Source of the DNA: Bdellovibrionales bacterium
GTDB lineage: Bacteria; Bdellovibrionota; Bdellovibrionia; Bdellovibrionales; UBA1609
Direction: 5' to 3'
Length of the DNA stretch: 64,000 bases
Assembly (NCBI GenBank): GCA_027317865.1
Contig: DAHVQG010000007.1
Location: 86,408-150,407 of the forward strand
The stretch's first letter is position 1; every line of letters begins with the position of its first letter. Below, in pieces: positions 39,802 to 50,354 of this stretch. The notes beneath the pieces were generated by a model. The model saw nothing but the letters and a program-made list of their open reading frames with translations. It was not told the origin of the DNA and did no database searches. The position numbers and the translations under genes are program-made.

Positions 39802-40527
39802 GTGGTTTTAGAAGCAATTATTATCACCTCAGTCATGTTCGTGCTTGCCGCGGTGCCGATTTGTTGGCCGCGAGCACGCCAGTACAACAGTTCGCTCTTA
39901 CTTTTTGGTACGGGTTCACTTGTCGGGATTTGCGCATTTGATTTGCTCCCCGATTTTTACAAAATGGGCGGGCTTAAAGGACTGCCATTAATGGTCGCCG
40001 CAGCGTTGGTTTTTTCGATTGCGCATTTGTTTCAAGGGCATGACCATGCGCATTCGCACGAGCATGATTTTGCGGATGAGCATACCCATTCGCATGCTTT
40101 ACGATCACCATATATTTTTCTCGTTGCGATCACGGTGCACTGTTTTACGAGTGGGCTTTTGCTCGGAGTATCGGATCAATTTTCAAAACATTTAGCGGAT
40201 TCAGTATTTGCCGCGCTGTTCATCCATAAAATCTACGAATCTTTCGCGGTTTCAGTGTTATTGGTGAGCTATAAACGTCGCACATTGTGGACGGTTTCGA
40301 TGTTGTCGCTGTATTTGCTTTCATTTCCGGCAGGAGCAGCTGTGGCCAAATACTATGGTCAAGTTAATCATGAGCTGCTGTTGATTATTACGGGCATTGC
40401 AATCGGCAGCCTGATCGGCTGCCTCATTTTTGATTTTATTGTACCGAGTTTTCAGCAGATTCGCCAAAACCGGCGTCAGCTTATTTGGCTAATCGCCGGT
40501 CTACTCGTAACGGCCGTACTTATTTAG
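39802..40527 (+). CDS. ZIP-family divalent metal transporter
   Basis: 8-TM layout with a His-rich loop HDHAHSHEHDFADEHTHSH. Confidence 0.7.
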   Translation: MVLEAIIITSVMFVLAAVPICWPRARQYNSSLLLFGTGSLVGICAFDLLPDFYKMGGLKGLPLMVAAALVFSIAHLFQGHDHAHSHEHDFADEHTHSHALRSPYIFLVAITVHCFTSGLLLGVSDQFSKHLADSVFAALFIHKIYESFAVSVLLVSYKRRTLWTVSMLSLYLLSFPAGAAVAKYYGQVNHELLLIITGIAIGSLIGCLIFDFIVPSFQQIRQNRRQLIWLIAGLLVTAVLI

Positions 40528-41345
40528 TTTGTGGCGCTGCTTTTAGACTTAGCGCCAGAATTTTTGGCCAATTCGCGGTCAATGATTTTTTTGAAAGTAT
40601 CAAAGGGATAAGCGCCGCGAACCGAAACGCCGTTAATGATAAAGCCAGGTGTTCCGGTGAATCCGAACTTTTGTGCCTCTGCTGTATCCGCCGCAATGCG
40701 ATCTTTAACGACTGTAGAATTTAGATCTTTTTTCAACAAAGCCATGTTCGCGCCTGCAATTCGGGCGGCGTGATCGAGAAATTTGGGGCCTTCTTGAAGA
40801 AAAGTATCACGATGCGAGAACACATAATTATAGTACTTGTAGGCGGCAGCCTTATTTTGAAGCGAAATTGCCACGTAGTGTTTAGCAGCTGCCATTGCAT
40901 AAGGGTGAAGGTTCACGAGCGGAAAGTTTTTGTAGAGGAAACGAATTTTACCCGGATACGCTTTTAAAACCTTTTTCATTGTAAAATACGCGCGATCGCA
41001 AAACGGGCACTGAAAGTCGCTGTATTCAACGATTGTTATGGGAGCATTTTTGGGTCCCCAATAAGCGTAATCTTTCGGCAATGTGGGTTTAAGAGGATGT
41101 TTAAATTCATCTTCTTGTTGTTTTTTAGCTTGTTGTTCAGCCTGCTGTTCAGCTTTTTGTTGACTGTTAAACGCGGCTTGTTGAATTGCGTTTATGAATT
41201 TTGTCGGGTGCTTTTTGATTAAATTCGTAATGATGTCCGGATTCTTTTCGAGGACATCTTGAATTTGCGACTTTGTTGGGGCGCAAGCCGCCAGTAGGCC
41301 CGCGCTGAGCATACAAACGCCAAACATTAATTTTGTGTGTTTCAT
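40524..41345 (-). CDS. DsbA-family thiol:disulfide oxidoreductase (lipoprotein)
   Basis: Lipobox LLAAC. Thioredoxin motif FSDFQCPFC. Confidence 0.8.
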   Translation of the reverse strand: MKHTKLMFGVCMLSAGLLAACAPTKSQIQDVLEKNPDIITNLIKKHPTKFINAIQQAAFNSQQKAEQQAEQQAKKQQEDEFKHPLKPTLPKDYAYWGPKNAPITIVEYSDFQCPFCDRAYFTMKKVLKAYPGKIRFLYKNFPLVNLHPYAMAAAKHYVAISLQNKAAAYKYYNYVFSHRDTFLQEGPKFLDHAARIAGANMALLKKDLNSTVVKDRIAADTAEAQKFGFTGTPGFIINGVSVRGAYPFDTFKKIIDRELAKNSGAKSKSSATN

Positions 41346-42261
41346 GAGTTGTTCCTTTCAATCGCCGGCAGGCGGAGAGTATTATGATGAATCAAGTGAA
41401 AGGGGATGTCGACTGAAATCTTTGGCAGGATTTTCGATCGTTAATGTTGGCGTGAACTTGCCTGGGCCACTTGCGTCGTATCAGTTGGAGCAACTGGGTG
41501 CGTCCGTGATTAAAGTCGAGCCTCCGCAGGGAGATCCGCTCCAATTCGCTTGCCCTGAATTTTATAAATTTATATCGCAGCATCAAGAAATCGTCTCGCT
41601 CGATTTAAAAAGTAAAAAGGACCGGCAAACCTTAGAAGGTTACCTCGAAAAAAGTGACCTGTTGATCACTTCATCGCGCCCTGAGGCGCTAGCGAAGTTG
41701 TCGCTTGACTGGGATTATCTCCGGGCGCGGCACCCAAGACTCTGCGTCATTCACATTTTTGGTTTTGCGTCGCCTAACCAAAATAAGGCGGGTCACGACT
41801 TGACGTACCAAGCTATGGCGGGATTGCTCACGCCGCCAAATATGCCGAGTCTATGCATAGCTGATTTTGCCGGAGCGCACGCGGCGAGCCTTCGCGCCGC
41901 TTCATTGCTGCTGGCTCGCGAACGAACCGGCGTGGCGGAATATGCCGAAGTTTCGTTGTATGAATCGGCGCAATGGTACGGTTGGGCAGCTAAATTTGAA
42001 TTAACTTCGCCGCCTGGACCTTTGTCTGGCGCGCTACCTGAGTATCGCATTTATCAGGCCAAATCTGGTTGGGTTGCGGTTGCGGCATTAGAAGATCATT
42101 TTAAAACACAACTTCAAGCATTGTTGGAGATTGATGAGATCAGTGAAAATGAACTTAAACGAACTTTTCGAAAACATACGGCGAGCGAATGGCAAACAAT
42201 TGCGGACGAAAATAATCTGCCAATAGCTGAAGTGATTTTACCCGCGGCCGAGAATGACTGA
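41335..42261 (+). CDS. CoA-transferase family III (CaiB/BaiF-like) protein; true start probably ~80-90 nt downstream of the ORF start
   Basis: LAGFSIVNVGVNLPGPLASYQLEQLGASVIKVEPPQGDP is the family N-terminal signature. GHDLTYQA. Confidence 0.7.
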   Translation: MCFMSCSFQSPAGGEYYDESSERGCRLKSLAGFSIVNVGVNLPGPLASYQLEQLGASVIKVEPPQGDPLQFACPEFYKFISQHQEIVSLDLKSKKDRQTLEGYLEKSDLLITSSRPEALAKLSLDWDYLRARHPRLCVIHIFGFASPNQNKAGHDLTYQAMAGLLTPPNMPSLCIADFAGAHAASLRAASLLLARERTGVAEYAEVSLYESAQWYGWAAKFELTSPPGPLSGALPEYRIYQAKSGWVAVAALEDHFKTQLQALLEIDEISENELKRTFRKHTASEWQTIADENNLPIAEVILPAAEND

Positions 42262-42591
42262 AAGTGATAGAGTAACCATAACAATTGCGGCGACTATAAC
42301 AAAGCGCCAGTCGCGCTCGCGTATCCAGAGAAAAAGGAGTGCAATGACGCGAAATGCGGGGGTTGCGGCAAGCACTAAAATTCCAGTGCCCATAAGGCGT
42401 TCACCAAGTGACAAGCCGCCTCGAAAGAGATCGTCCATGCTCACCGCGATCGGGCGAACATGACCGGAGGCTAAACTGACGATCACTCCGGCGAGCATAA
42501 GAAGTGTGGAAAGGGCTAGGCCGCCGCGCAAAAGATTTGTCACTAAATCGCGTTCGGTCGCGAGTTCCTGTTTCACCGATTCAGACGCCAT
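42238..42591 (-). CDS. DUF1634-like small membrane protein
   Basis: 117 aa, 3 TM helices, immediately downstream of a TauE/SafE permease (a common pairing). Confidence 0.55.
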   Translation of the reverse strand: MASESVKQELATERDLVTNLLRGGLALSTLLMLAGVIVSLASGHVRPIAVSMDDLFRGGLSLGERLMGTGILVLAATPAFRVIALLFLWIRERDWRFVIVAAIVMVTLSLSVILGRG

Positions 42592-42596
42592 TGTAC

Positions 42597-43496
42597 CTAT
42601 ACTCCATTTGATTTAAAAAACATTTGGATCGAGACCGCAACAAGTACAACCGCCAAAATTATTTTGAGCAATTTATTTGAAGTATGTCCCGCCAGTTTTG
42701 TGCCGAGCAAGGCGCCGATTACAATGCCGATGGCACTGGGGGCTGCGATCCACGGGTGAACGAAGCCGCGGGCAAAATAAACAAAAAGACTTGAAATGGC
42801 GGTGACGCCGATCATGAAATTGGATGTGGCGGCCGCAACTTTAAGTGGGACTTTCATGCCGAGGTTCATAGCTGGGACTTTAATAAATCCGCCGCCGACC
42901 CCCAAAAGACCCGAAAGCACGCCCGCGATGTACGAAATGCTGGCGCCAAAATAAACGCGTACGGCTTCATAATAAATCATCTTTTTTTCGAAGACGTCGT
43001 AGAATGAGCCGGCTAATCGGCCTGGTTCTTCGTGTCCAATAAGTTGAGAGTGATTTGCTCCGCTGCTTTCTGGCTCCGGCGAAGCTAGATCAGCTTTCTT
43101 TTCGTCGGGTGAAGATTTTCCGTGATCTTTTGAGCGCAACATCAAAATAGCCGTAATGATCATCATGACCGCAAACAATTTAGCCAGAACATTCGACGGT
43201 ACCAGTGCTGCGAGTAGGCCTCCCGTGAGACCGCCTAACGTCGTGGCAATTTCAAGCGTCATGCCGAGGCGCATATTCGATAAGCCTTTACCTACATAAA
43301 CGCTGCCCGCAGCGGTTGACGTTGCAACAACGGCAACAAGTGACGCCGCAACTGCGATTTTAATATTGATTCCAAAAATAAGAACCAGAGCAGGAATTAA
43401 CACAACTCCGCCGCCAATACCGACAAGTGCGCCGAGAAGGCCGGCGAAAATTCCTAATATACCGAGACCAAAAATCGTTTCAGATGATACAACCAT
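42597..43496 (-). CDS. TauE/SafE family anion (sulfite/organosulfonate) exporter
   Basis: Two repeated 4-TM halves with GxGGG motifs (GIGGGVV, GVGGGFI). Confidence 0.85.
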   Translation of the reverse strand: MVVSSETIFGLGILGIFAGLLGALVGIGGGVVLIPALVLIFGINIKIAVAASLVAVVATSTAAGSVYVGKGLSNMRLGMTLEIATTLGGLTGGLLAALVPSNVLAKLFAVMMIITAILMLRSKDHGKSSPDEKKADLASPEPESSGANHSQLIGHEEPGRLAGSFYDVFEKKMIYYEAVRVYFGASISYIAGVLSGLLGVGGGFIKVPAMNLGMKVPLKVAAATSNFMIGVTAISSLFVYFARGFVHPWIAAPSAIGIVIGALLGTKLAGHTSNKLLKIILAVVLVAVSIQMFFKSNGV

Positions 43497-43658
43497 GGGG
43501 GCCTACTTCTGACAAATTACTAGCCGTTTGGCAAGAGCTTTTGCGATTAGATTTCACGCTTTGGTTGCGAGTGAGTCAAACAATGACTACCATGAGGAGT
43601 GCAGACAAAGCACGCATGGCAACAAACACAACCGAGAGCGAAATCAGGGGGCCCCGTT

Positions 43659-44462
43659 ATGAGCAAAAAAGTCGTACGTTTAGCAGTTATTGGTTTTTGT
43701 TGTACTGTATTATTTCCGTTTGCGGCCTACGCGGGTTCGCCTTTATTTCAAAATCTGTCAACAAGCGATTATCAAAGTGCGCTTAAAGACATTTCTTCGG
43801 CCTGGTCGTATACAAGTGTGTCGCCGGCTTCAACACTCGGCCATATCTTCGGTTTTGAAATTGGCGTGGTTGCGGGTGGCGCGGATACTCCCAAAATCAA
43901 TAGTTTGTCGCAATCGGCGGGTGCGGGGTCTGTCCCTGAATTACCGTCAGGTGAAATTTTTGGCGCGATCACCGTACCGTTTGGTTTAACAGTAGAAGCC
44001 GAGGGTTTACCTAAAATGACGGTTGCTGGCGTAAGCGCGAATTCAGAAGCTTTGGCGCTTAAATGGACATTCTCCGAACTTTTACCAATGCTGCCGCTCG
44101 ACCTCGATGCAAAAGCTTTCTACTCCAATTCAGGATTTAATTTCGACGGCACAGTTTCGGGGGTTTATACAACTTTTGATTTAACGGACGAAATGACCGG
44201 TGCCGAGATTGAAGCCAGCAAAAAGTTCTTATTTGTTGAACCTTACGTCAAGTTAGGAATGCTTCAAGCGCGCGGCAAAATGGATGTTACAGGATCTACT
44301 CAAGTATTTTCAACGGGAGTCATGAGCGACACAGAAACCGTTTCGGGTACAGAGTTTATGGCCGGTGCCGACCTCGATTTCGCCGTTTTACGTATAGGGG
44401 CTGAAATTGGCAGTGTTTTCGGCGACACTCGCGCCGCTGCCAAACTTTCGTTGTATTTCTAG
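43659..44462 (+). CDS. Hypothetical secreted protein, probable OM beta-barrel
   Basis: The ATG at 43659 follows the SD aggggg. Signal peptide. Alternating beta-strand pattern. The C-terminus ...KLSLYF is OMP beta-signal-like. Confidence 0.5.
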   Translation: MSKKVVRLAVIGFCCTVLFPFAAYAGSPLFQNLSTSDYQSALKDISSAWSYTSVSPASTLGHIFGFEIGVVAGGADTPKINSLSQSAGAGSVPELPSGEIFGAITVPFGLTVEAEGLPKMTVAGVSANSEALALKWTFSELLPMLPLDLDAKAFYSNSGFNFDGTVSGVYTTFDLTDEMTGAEIEASKKFLFVEPYVKLGMLQARGKMDVTGSTQVFSTGVMSDTETVSGTEFMAGADLDFAVLRIGAEIGSVFGDTRAAAKLSLYF

Positions 44463-45875
44463 CGAAAATTCCAGCGTAGCAGAAGTGCCATTATCCGGTT
44501 GGCTGACGATGGTGGCCCTCCCTTTGTGGAGATTCATAATCGATTTAACGATTGTTAGTCCCAGTCCGTGGCCGGTCACAGGGCCATTTTTTAATACGCC
44601 TTTGCCACGATAAAACCGGTCGAAAACAAATGGGAGATCTTCGGGTGGGATGCCCGCGCCCTCGTCAGTCACTGTTATAACTATATTGTCGCGCGTTTGC
44701 CGGCCGCTTACTATTACAGATCCGCCTTGCGGCGAATATTTGATGGCGTTTGATAAAAGATTAGAAATGGCACGTTCAAGCAGAGTGCGTTCGGCAAACA
44801 GTTGGAGGGTCGGTTCTATTTCAACTTTGAGCTGTACGCGTTTTTCGTCCGCAAGCCCTTGAAAAAATTCGACTAGCTTTTCAACGGTGTCGCGAACCTT
44901 TACGCTTTCGATGCGCAGATTTTGATCGGGCGACTCCGCCTTGGCGACAAACAATAATCGTTCGACAATTTCCGCAATCCGGCGCATTTCTTCAAGGTTC
45001 GAAAAAAGTGCCTCTCGGTATTCTTCGGTCGTGCGCGGCCGACTGAGCTGGATCTCGGTTGAACTTGTTATATTCATAATTGGCGCTTTGAGTTCATGGG
45101 CGATGTCGGCAGAAAACCTTGAAAGGCGATCGAACGCGTCTTCGATTTTTTCGAGCATGGCATTGAACGTTTGAATGAGTTCCACAAGCTCTTGCGGCAA
45201 ATGATCAGATGGGAGCCGGTCATGAAGAGCAGTCTGCCACTTGCGGATGCGCGCGATCACCGAACGCAACGGCACAAACGCAGATCGCGATAAATACCAT
45301 GACCACAAGACCGAGAATACGCCGGTGACCAAAAATATGATCCAAAAAAGTTTATAGTAGTGATTGAGGAGCTTTTGGTGTTGTGACAAATCGGTTGCAA
45401 ATTGAAATGTTGCATTTTTGAGTGTGGGGTCATGAGTCCTGATATGCGTTGTAAAAACCAAATAACTTTGACCGTTAAGAACGCGTACGACCGGTTTTTT
45501 GGTGTCGTTCTTTATTTTAAAAAGCGGCGTCAGTTTTTGTTGTTTGATTTCGGATGACGCAACAATGACGGCGCCTTTGCCGTTGAGCACACGCAAATAG
45601 GCCAGCTCACCGCGACGGGCTTGCCAGCCATTTTCAATTTGCGGAATTAATCGTTCAAGCGAACCCGGTCGTTGCAACGTGAAGGTCAGCGCTTCAATAC
45701 GGTTGTTCATGTCAATGACCGCTTCGCCAAGCATAAACTGTTTGAGCTCGGCGTGCGCAGCTGTCGCGATAATGGCACCGGCAATCAAAAGGTTAAGCCC
45801 GAACCAAAGCGTGACTCTTGAAGTAAACGAGTAAGATCTTTTTTTAGACCTGTCGGTTTGTGGGACGCGCATCAA
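44388..45875 (-). CDS. Sensor histidine kinase (CusS/heavy-metal-sensor type)
   Basis: 2 TM helices plus HAMP. H-box SADIAHELKAPI, N-box LLSNAIKY, G-boxes TDEGAGI and GHGLGL. Confidence 0.85.
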   Translation of the reverse strand: MMRVPQTDRSKKRSYSFTSRVTLWFGLNLLIAGAIIATAAHAELKQFMLGEAVIDMNNRIEALTFTLQRPGSLERLIPQIENGWQARRGELAYLRVLNGKGAVIVASSEIKQQKLTPLFKIKNDTKKPVVRVLNGQSYLVFTTHIRTHDPTLKNATFQFATDLSQHQKLLNHYYKLFWIIFLVTGVFSVLWSWYLSRSAFVPLRSVIARIRKWQTALHDRLPSDHLPQELVELIQTFNAMLEKIEDAFDRLSRFSADIAHELKAPIMNITSSTEIQLSRPRTTEEYREALFSNLEEMRRIAEIVERLLFVAKAESPDQNLRIESVKVRDTVEKLVEFFQGLADEKRVQLKVEIEPTLQLFAERTLLERAISNLLSNAIKYSPQGGSVIVSGRQTRDNIVITVTDEGAGIPPEDLPFVFDRFYRGKGVLKNGPVTGHGLGLTIVKSIMNLHKGRATIVSQPDNGTSATLEFSLEIQRKFGSGASVAENTANFSPYT

Positions 45876-46552
45876 GCACTTGCGGGTTCACGCAAAACAT
45901 AACCCATCCCGCGGACGGTATGAATCAGTTTTGATCCAAACGGGTCGTCAATTTTAGACCGTAGCCGGCGCATGTGAACATCGACGACGTTCGTTTCGCT
46001 TTCAAAATTGATGCCCCAAACTTGTTCGGCCAAAACCGAACGCGATATGATCTCGCCTTTGCGCCGAGCCAGTAAGCCTAAAATAGAAAATTCTTTTGGA
46101 GTCAGATCAACTAATCGACCTTGCCGCAGTACTTTGCGTTGAAAAAAATTAATTTGCAAATCGGCGACATGCAAAGCTTCTGGGTTTTGTTGCGTACTTC
46201 GCCGCAGAAGTGATTTCACGAGCGCCACTAGTTCGGGAAATGCAAAAGGCTTTATCAAGTAAGCATCAGCACCTAAATTCAGGCCCTTTACGCGATCGTC
46301 GAGTTGATCACGCGCCGTCAGCATGAGAGTCAGCGTTTGCTTGTTGCGATTTCGCAGCTCCGTGATAACCGCCCATCCGTCTTTTTTCGGCATCATGACG
46401 TCCAAGATCAAAAGGTCGTAACTGGATTGCTCTGCACGCAAAAGTCCCTCTTCGCCGTCGTTTGCGACATCGACTTCGAAGCCGGCTTCGCTAAGCCCCT
46501 GTTGAAGTGACTGTGCCGTTTTGATTTCATCCTCAATGACGAGTATGCGCAT
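45872..46552 (-). CDS. OmpR-family response regulator (CusR/CopR-like)
   Basis: MRILVIEDE, DLLILDVMMP, LTARD, winged-helix C-terminus HTVRGMGY. Confidence 0.92.
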   Translation of the reverse strand: MRILVIEDEIKTAQSLQQGLSEAGFEVDVANDGEEGLLRAEQSSYDLLILDVMMPKKDGWAVITELRNRNKQTLTLMLTARDQLDDRVKGLNLGADAYLIKPFAFPELVALVKSLLRRSTQQNPEALHVADLQINFFQRKVLRQGRLVDLTPKEFSILGLLARRKGEIISRSVLAEQVWGINFESETNVVDVHMRRLRSKIDDPFGSKLIHTVRGMGYVLREPASA

Positions 46553-46848
46553 CGAATGCCTCCTCTTAATGAATTGAGTTATGATCGTGATTCAATGGTT
46601 TGTATAGATACAGCGTCGCATGTCATAATGAATAATTTGTCACAAAATCAAGCGGTAAATGGGAGCGTCACCATGTGATACCACTGACGAAACTTCGCGA
46701 AAATCGGCTTCAAAAATGTGGGTATGAATACGCGCTCAAATCGCGCGGTTCACAGACCGCGCATTGACGTGCTTGAACGGTTCGGCCTGAACCCTGCCGT
46801 TTCGGCTGTGCCTTGATTGCGAGACAATAGGAGAATAGACTGGCCGGA

Positions 46849-48153
46849 ATGCGAATATTTAAACGCCTCCTATCGGTTTTCTTTGTGCTCTATTGCGTGA
46901 GTTTGGCGACGACAATGGCCGGAATGGAGACTTTTGGTTACGGTCTTGCCATTTTCGTGTTTGCCTACATGGCATTGAACTGGAAGAACCCGTCCGTGCA
47001 CTTTCCGCGGCTGAGCCCGAATTTTAGCGTTGAATGGGCCATGATTCTTATGGTGTTGGTGGCTATTGTTGGTGCGATAGCAAGCCCGCATCTACCGGTA
47101 AAGGATCGCATCGATTGCGTCGGGCAGCAGCGCTGGATGTTACTTCTCTATGCTTTAACCGCGTGTTTGGCTGTTTTATCGCTCGACAATCCAAACTCGT
47201 TGCCAAAAGCTTTTTGGATTCTGTTTGTGTGTTTCGCCGTCGCGGTGCTCTTTGGAATATTTCAATCTTTGTTTAATGTTGGGTTCTTTTTTCGCCCCGC
47301 TTACACGAGGCCGCCCGACACTTTCGGGCCGCTCACAATTTATCGGGCTCGCGGCTTCTTTTCGAATTGCATGTCATTTGCATATTCTCTGGGGCAAGTC
47401 GCGTGTTTCGCATTTGCGTTTGCATTGGCGGCGGATATACCGCCAAAGATTCGACGGCTGCTTTATGCATTTTTCATTTGGTTTGTGATCGGAATTTGTT
47501 TTACTTTCACTCGGGGCGCATGGCTGGGTTCAATTTTAGCGTTTGTCGCTATGGGGTTATTGTGGAACAAAAAAGTGGGAATCCAAATTATCGTGGCAAT
47601 AGCGGCGTTGATCGCCATCGGTTCAATTGTTTCACCCGGCGTACGGTTTCGTCTCAAAAGTATTTTTCATACCCATAGTGATGTCTCGATCGAGCAGCGG
47701 TTTCAAGTGTGGCGGGTTAATTTGCAAATGTTCAAAGACCATCCACTATTTGGGATCGGGTACGGCTACAATTACTACTACACTCCCGAATATAATTTGA
47801 AGGTGTTGGGGCACCCTGGATTTAACGGCAACGCACACGACAATTATCTCGAAGTTTTAGCCGGTTCAGGGGTTTTTGGATTTGTTCTGTGGCTATTTAT
47901 TTGTGGATATTTTTTCTGGCGAACCTGGATATTATATCGAAATTCGAGCAATGGCAGTTGGGCCAAGGCGATCGGCTTGGGTGGTTTGGGTGCGCAAATA
48001 TTTTTTCATTTTGGCGGGCTGACACAGACCACTTTTTTTGACGCGAAAAACGTGCACGTATTAATGTTAGGGTGGGCGTTTGTACTGGCGCACGATATTG
48101 CCAACCGGCGTAGCGCAAATCGCGCCACGGTGATTGAGGGAAGGCCGGCATGA
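46849..48153 (+). CDS. O-antigen ligase / Wzy_C-family polytopic membrane protein
   Basis: 10-12 TM helices. The FTRGAWLG loop motif is typical of O-antigen ligase-like proteins. Confidence 0.7.
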   Translation: MRIFKRLLSVFFVLYCVSLATTMAGMETFGYGLAIFVFAYMALNWKNPSVHFPRLSPNFSVEWAMILMVLVAIVGAIASPHLPVKDRIDCVGQQRWMLLLYALTACLAVLSLDNPNSLPKAFWILFVCFAVAVLFGIFQSLFNVGFFFRPAYTRPPDTFGPLTIYRARGFFSNCMSFAYSLGQVACFAFAFALAADIPPKIRRLLYAFFIWFVIGICFTFTRGAWLGSILAFVAMGLLWNKKVGIQIIVAIAALIAIGSIVSPGVRFRLKSIFHTHSDVSIEQRFQVWRVNLQMFKDHPLFGIGYGYNYYYTPEYNLKVLGHPGFNGNAHDNYLEVLAGSGVFGFVLWLFICGYFFWRTWILYRNSSNGSWAKAIGLGGLGAQIFFHFGGLTQTTFFDAKNVHVLMLGWAFVLAHDIANRRSANRATVIEGRPA

Positions 48154-49178
48154 TTACGGGAGCAATTGTCACAGGCGGCGCGGGATTTATCGGTTCGCAC
48201 TTATGCGAGTCGCTTTTGGCGCGTGGCCTACCGGTAGTTTCGGTTGATAATTATTCGACAGGATTGCGTGAAAATTCGGAGCATCTCCAAAAGTTGCGCG
48301 CATCGCAAAATTTTTTGTCTATTGAAGCCGACGTGATTGAGCCTTGGTCATGGCAAAAACAAATTCCGAATGAATGGTTCAATAAAATAAGCCACGTGTT
48401 TCATTTCGCCTCACCGGCATCGCCGCCGCTTTATCAAGAATTGGCTTTTTCTACATTATGGGTAAACACTTTGGGTTTAAAAAATGCGTTGGAGTTTGCC
48501 GATTCGCTTGCACCTGCAGGGAGTGACCGTGGCGCTCGTGTCATTTTTGCGTCGACAAGTGAAATTTACGGCGACCCGAGCGTGAGCCCGCAACCCGAAA
48601 CTTTTTGGGGGAACGTGAATAGTTTTGGAGTTCGCTCTTGTTACGACGAAAGTAAACGGTTTGGCGAAGCGCTGATATTCACGCACAATTGGAAGAAAAA
48701 CACTCGTCACGGCCTTGTTCGAATTTTTAACACGTACGGGCCGCGAATGAACCCGCACGACGGCCGAGTGGTGATCAATTTTCTGGTTCAAGCGCTCAAA
48801 AATCAGCCGCTCACGGTCTACGGCGACGGTCATCAAACGCGCAGCTTTTGTTATATCGATGATTTGGCTGATGGAATTTTACGCTATGCCGATTCGAATT
48901 TGACGGAACCCGTGAACCTAGGCAATGACACCGAGTTTACGGTGTTACAGTTGGCACAAACAGTGCAGTCTCTTATTCGTGAACTAAGTGCGGGTTCGGC
49001 TCAGAAAGAATTGCCGATTGTTTTTAAGCCGCTACCCAAGGACGATCCCAAACAGCGCCGCCCTGATTTAGCGCGGGCACGCGAGAAGCTCGCCCCATGG
49101 CAGCCGAATATTTCATTGCGTGAAGGTCTTGAGCGCACTTACGAATGGCTAAGTAACAATTTGCGTCTCTCAAATTAA
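48150..49178 (+). CDS. UDP-glucuronate decarboxylase (UDP-xylose synthase-like SDR)
   Basis: TGGAGFIGSHL, STSEIYGDP, YDESKR, NTYGPRM, DGHQTRSFCYIDD. Confidence 0.88.
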   Translation: MITGAIVTGGAGFIGSHLCESLLARGLPVVSVDNYSTGLRENSEHLQKLRASQNFLSIEADVIEPWSWQKQIPNEWFNKISHVFHFASPASPPLYQELAFSTLWVNTLGLKNALEFADSLAPAGSDRGARVIFASTSEIYGDPSVSPQPETFWGNVNSFGVRSCYDESKRFGEALIFTHNWKKNTRHGLVRIFNTYGPRMNPHDGRVVINFLVQALKNQPLTVYGDGHQTRSFCYIDDLADGILRYADSNLTEPVNLGNDTEFTVLQLAQTVQSLIRELSAGSAQKELPIVFKPLPKDDPKQRRPDLARAREKLAPWQPNISLREGLERTYEWLSNNLRLSN

Positions 49179-49304
49179 AAAAATATTAGAAACTATTTCA
49201 CGAATGTCCGCTAAATCGACACAAACGTGCGCCCACGTCATGCAATCGCGGGCACAGGACTTGCTCAAATTCATATCATGAACTGTTAGCTGGGGGATGG
49301 ATTT

Positions 49305-50234
49305 ATGAGCAATAAGCAAACTCTTTCAACACTTATCTTTTTCACCTGCCTGCTCGCACTTTCGACGATTATGCTATTTACAACTATTGCGAAAGCGGCT
49401 TCTAAAAAAAATGCTAAAGAAATCGAAAGGTGGGGGACGATCCCAACCTTATTTGCAAAAGCCGGCATTTACGGAAGTGAATTCAACCTGAGAACTCAAT
49501 TTAGTTTAGATGAAAGCATCGGGCTCAAAAAAGTCGAAAAATTATTGCGAAGTGAAGATCTAATTAAAAAATATATTCCCGACGTTCAGTCGGCACAATT
49601 TACTCAACCGGGGCCCGGCGGATTTTTTAATTTTCGAGTTAGTATTGCGAATTTTTGGGGCAAAAAATTTGCAATCTCATTTAAGTGTCGCGACGTGCAC
49701 AAAAAGGGCGAATCGAAAACCGTGTTGGATCAAGACTGCTTTGAACAACAGACAAATAAAAGTTCGCGCGTGCTTACCCATGCTGTTTTTACGACCGACT
49801 GTTTTCAAATCAAATCGCTTAATACGCAAAATGATGGATTTGGTTCGCGCCATCCGGGTTTGCAGTGCGATTTCGGGCTCGGTGGAAAAATGCACGGCAT
49901 ACATTCGTGGTTTTCGGGATCGACGCCTGGATCGACAATCGCTTATAACGTGTTTACCGCGCTGACCTCTTATACCGCGCAACTGGGTATGCGCGCAGGG
50001 GGCAACCTTGGCCCTTGCCCGCATAGCGACGGCGATTATTTGAGTTGCACTGTTTTTGACAATCAAATTCACCAACTCAAAGCGCGAAAACGAGGACTCA
50101 AGACAGTCTCTCCCACGCAAACATACGTCGTAACACTCAATCCGGCTGGAGTTGTTCAAGCGAACGTTTGGTACGGCGATTATGCGGTTGAGTCTTATAC
50201 TGATATGGTCGCGAGTAATCAGTCGGGGATGTGA
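49305..50234 (+). CDS. Hypothetical secreted protein
   Basis: N-terminal signal/TM LIFFTCLLALSTIMLFTTIAKA. No recognised motif. Confidence 0.45.
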   Translation: MSNKQTLSTLIFFTCLLALSTIMLFTTIAKAASKKNAKEIERWGTIPTLFAKAGIYGSEFNLRTQFSLDESIGLKKVEKLLRSEDLIKKYIPDVQSAQFTQPGPGGFFNFRVSIANFWGKKFAISFKCRDVHKKGESKTVLDQDCFEQQTNKSSRVLTHAVFTTDCFQIKSLNTQNDGFGSRHPGLQCDFGLGGKMHGIHSWFSGSTPGSTIAYNVFTALTSYTAQLGMRAGGNLGPCPHSDGDYLSCTVFDNQIHQLKARKRGLKTVSPTQTYVVTLNPAGVVQANVWYGDYAVESYTDMVASNQSGM

Positions 50235-50354
50235 CAAACTTTTAAACAGATGAAAGTGACTGAATTCCGCAACTTAACTCGACCGGACAAATTGGCCTTT
50301 AGTCGGGTTTTACGATAAACTGTTCAACAGGTGGGCGGAAAACGAGAATGAACA

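Noticed and set aside
44388-44462. 75-nt convergent overlap between the OM-protein gene and the histidine-kinase gene
   Set aside because: The kinase catalytic core ends well before the overlap. The extra ~25-aa tail is probably fortuitous read-on to the next stop rather than a regulatory antisense arrangement.
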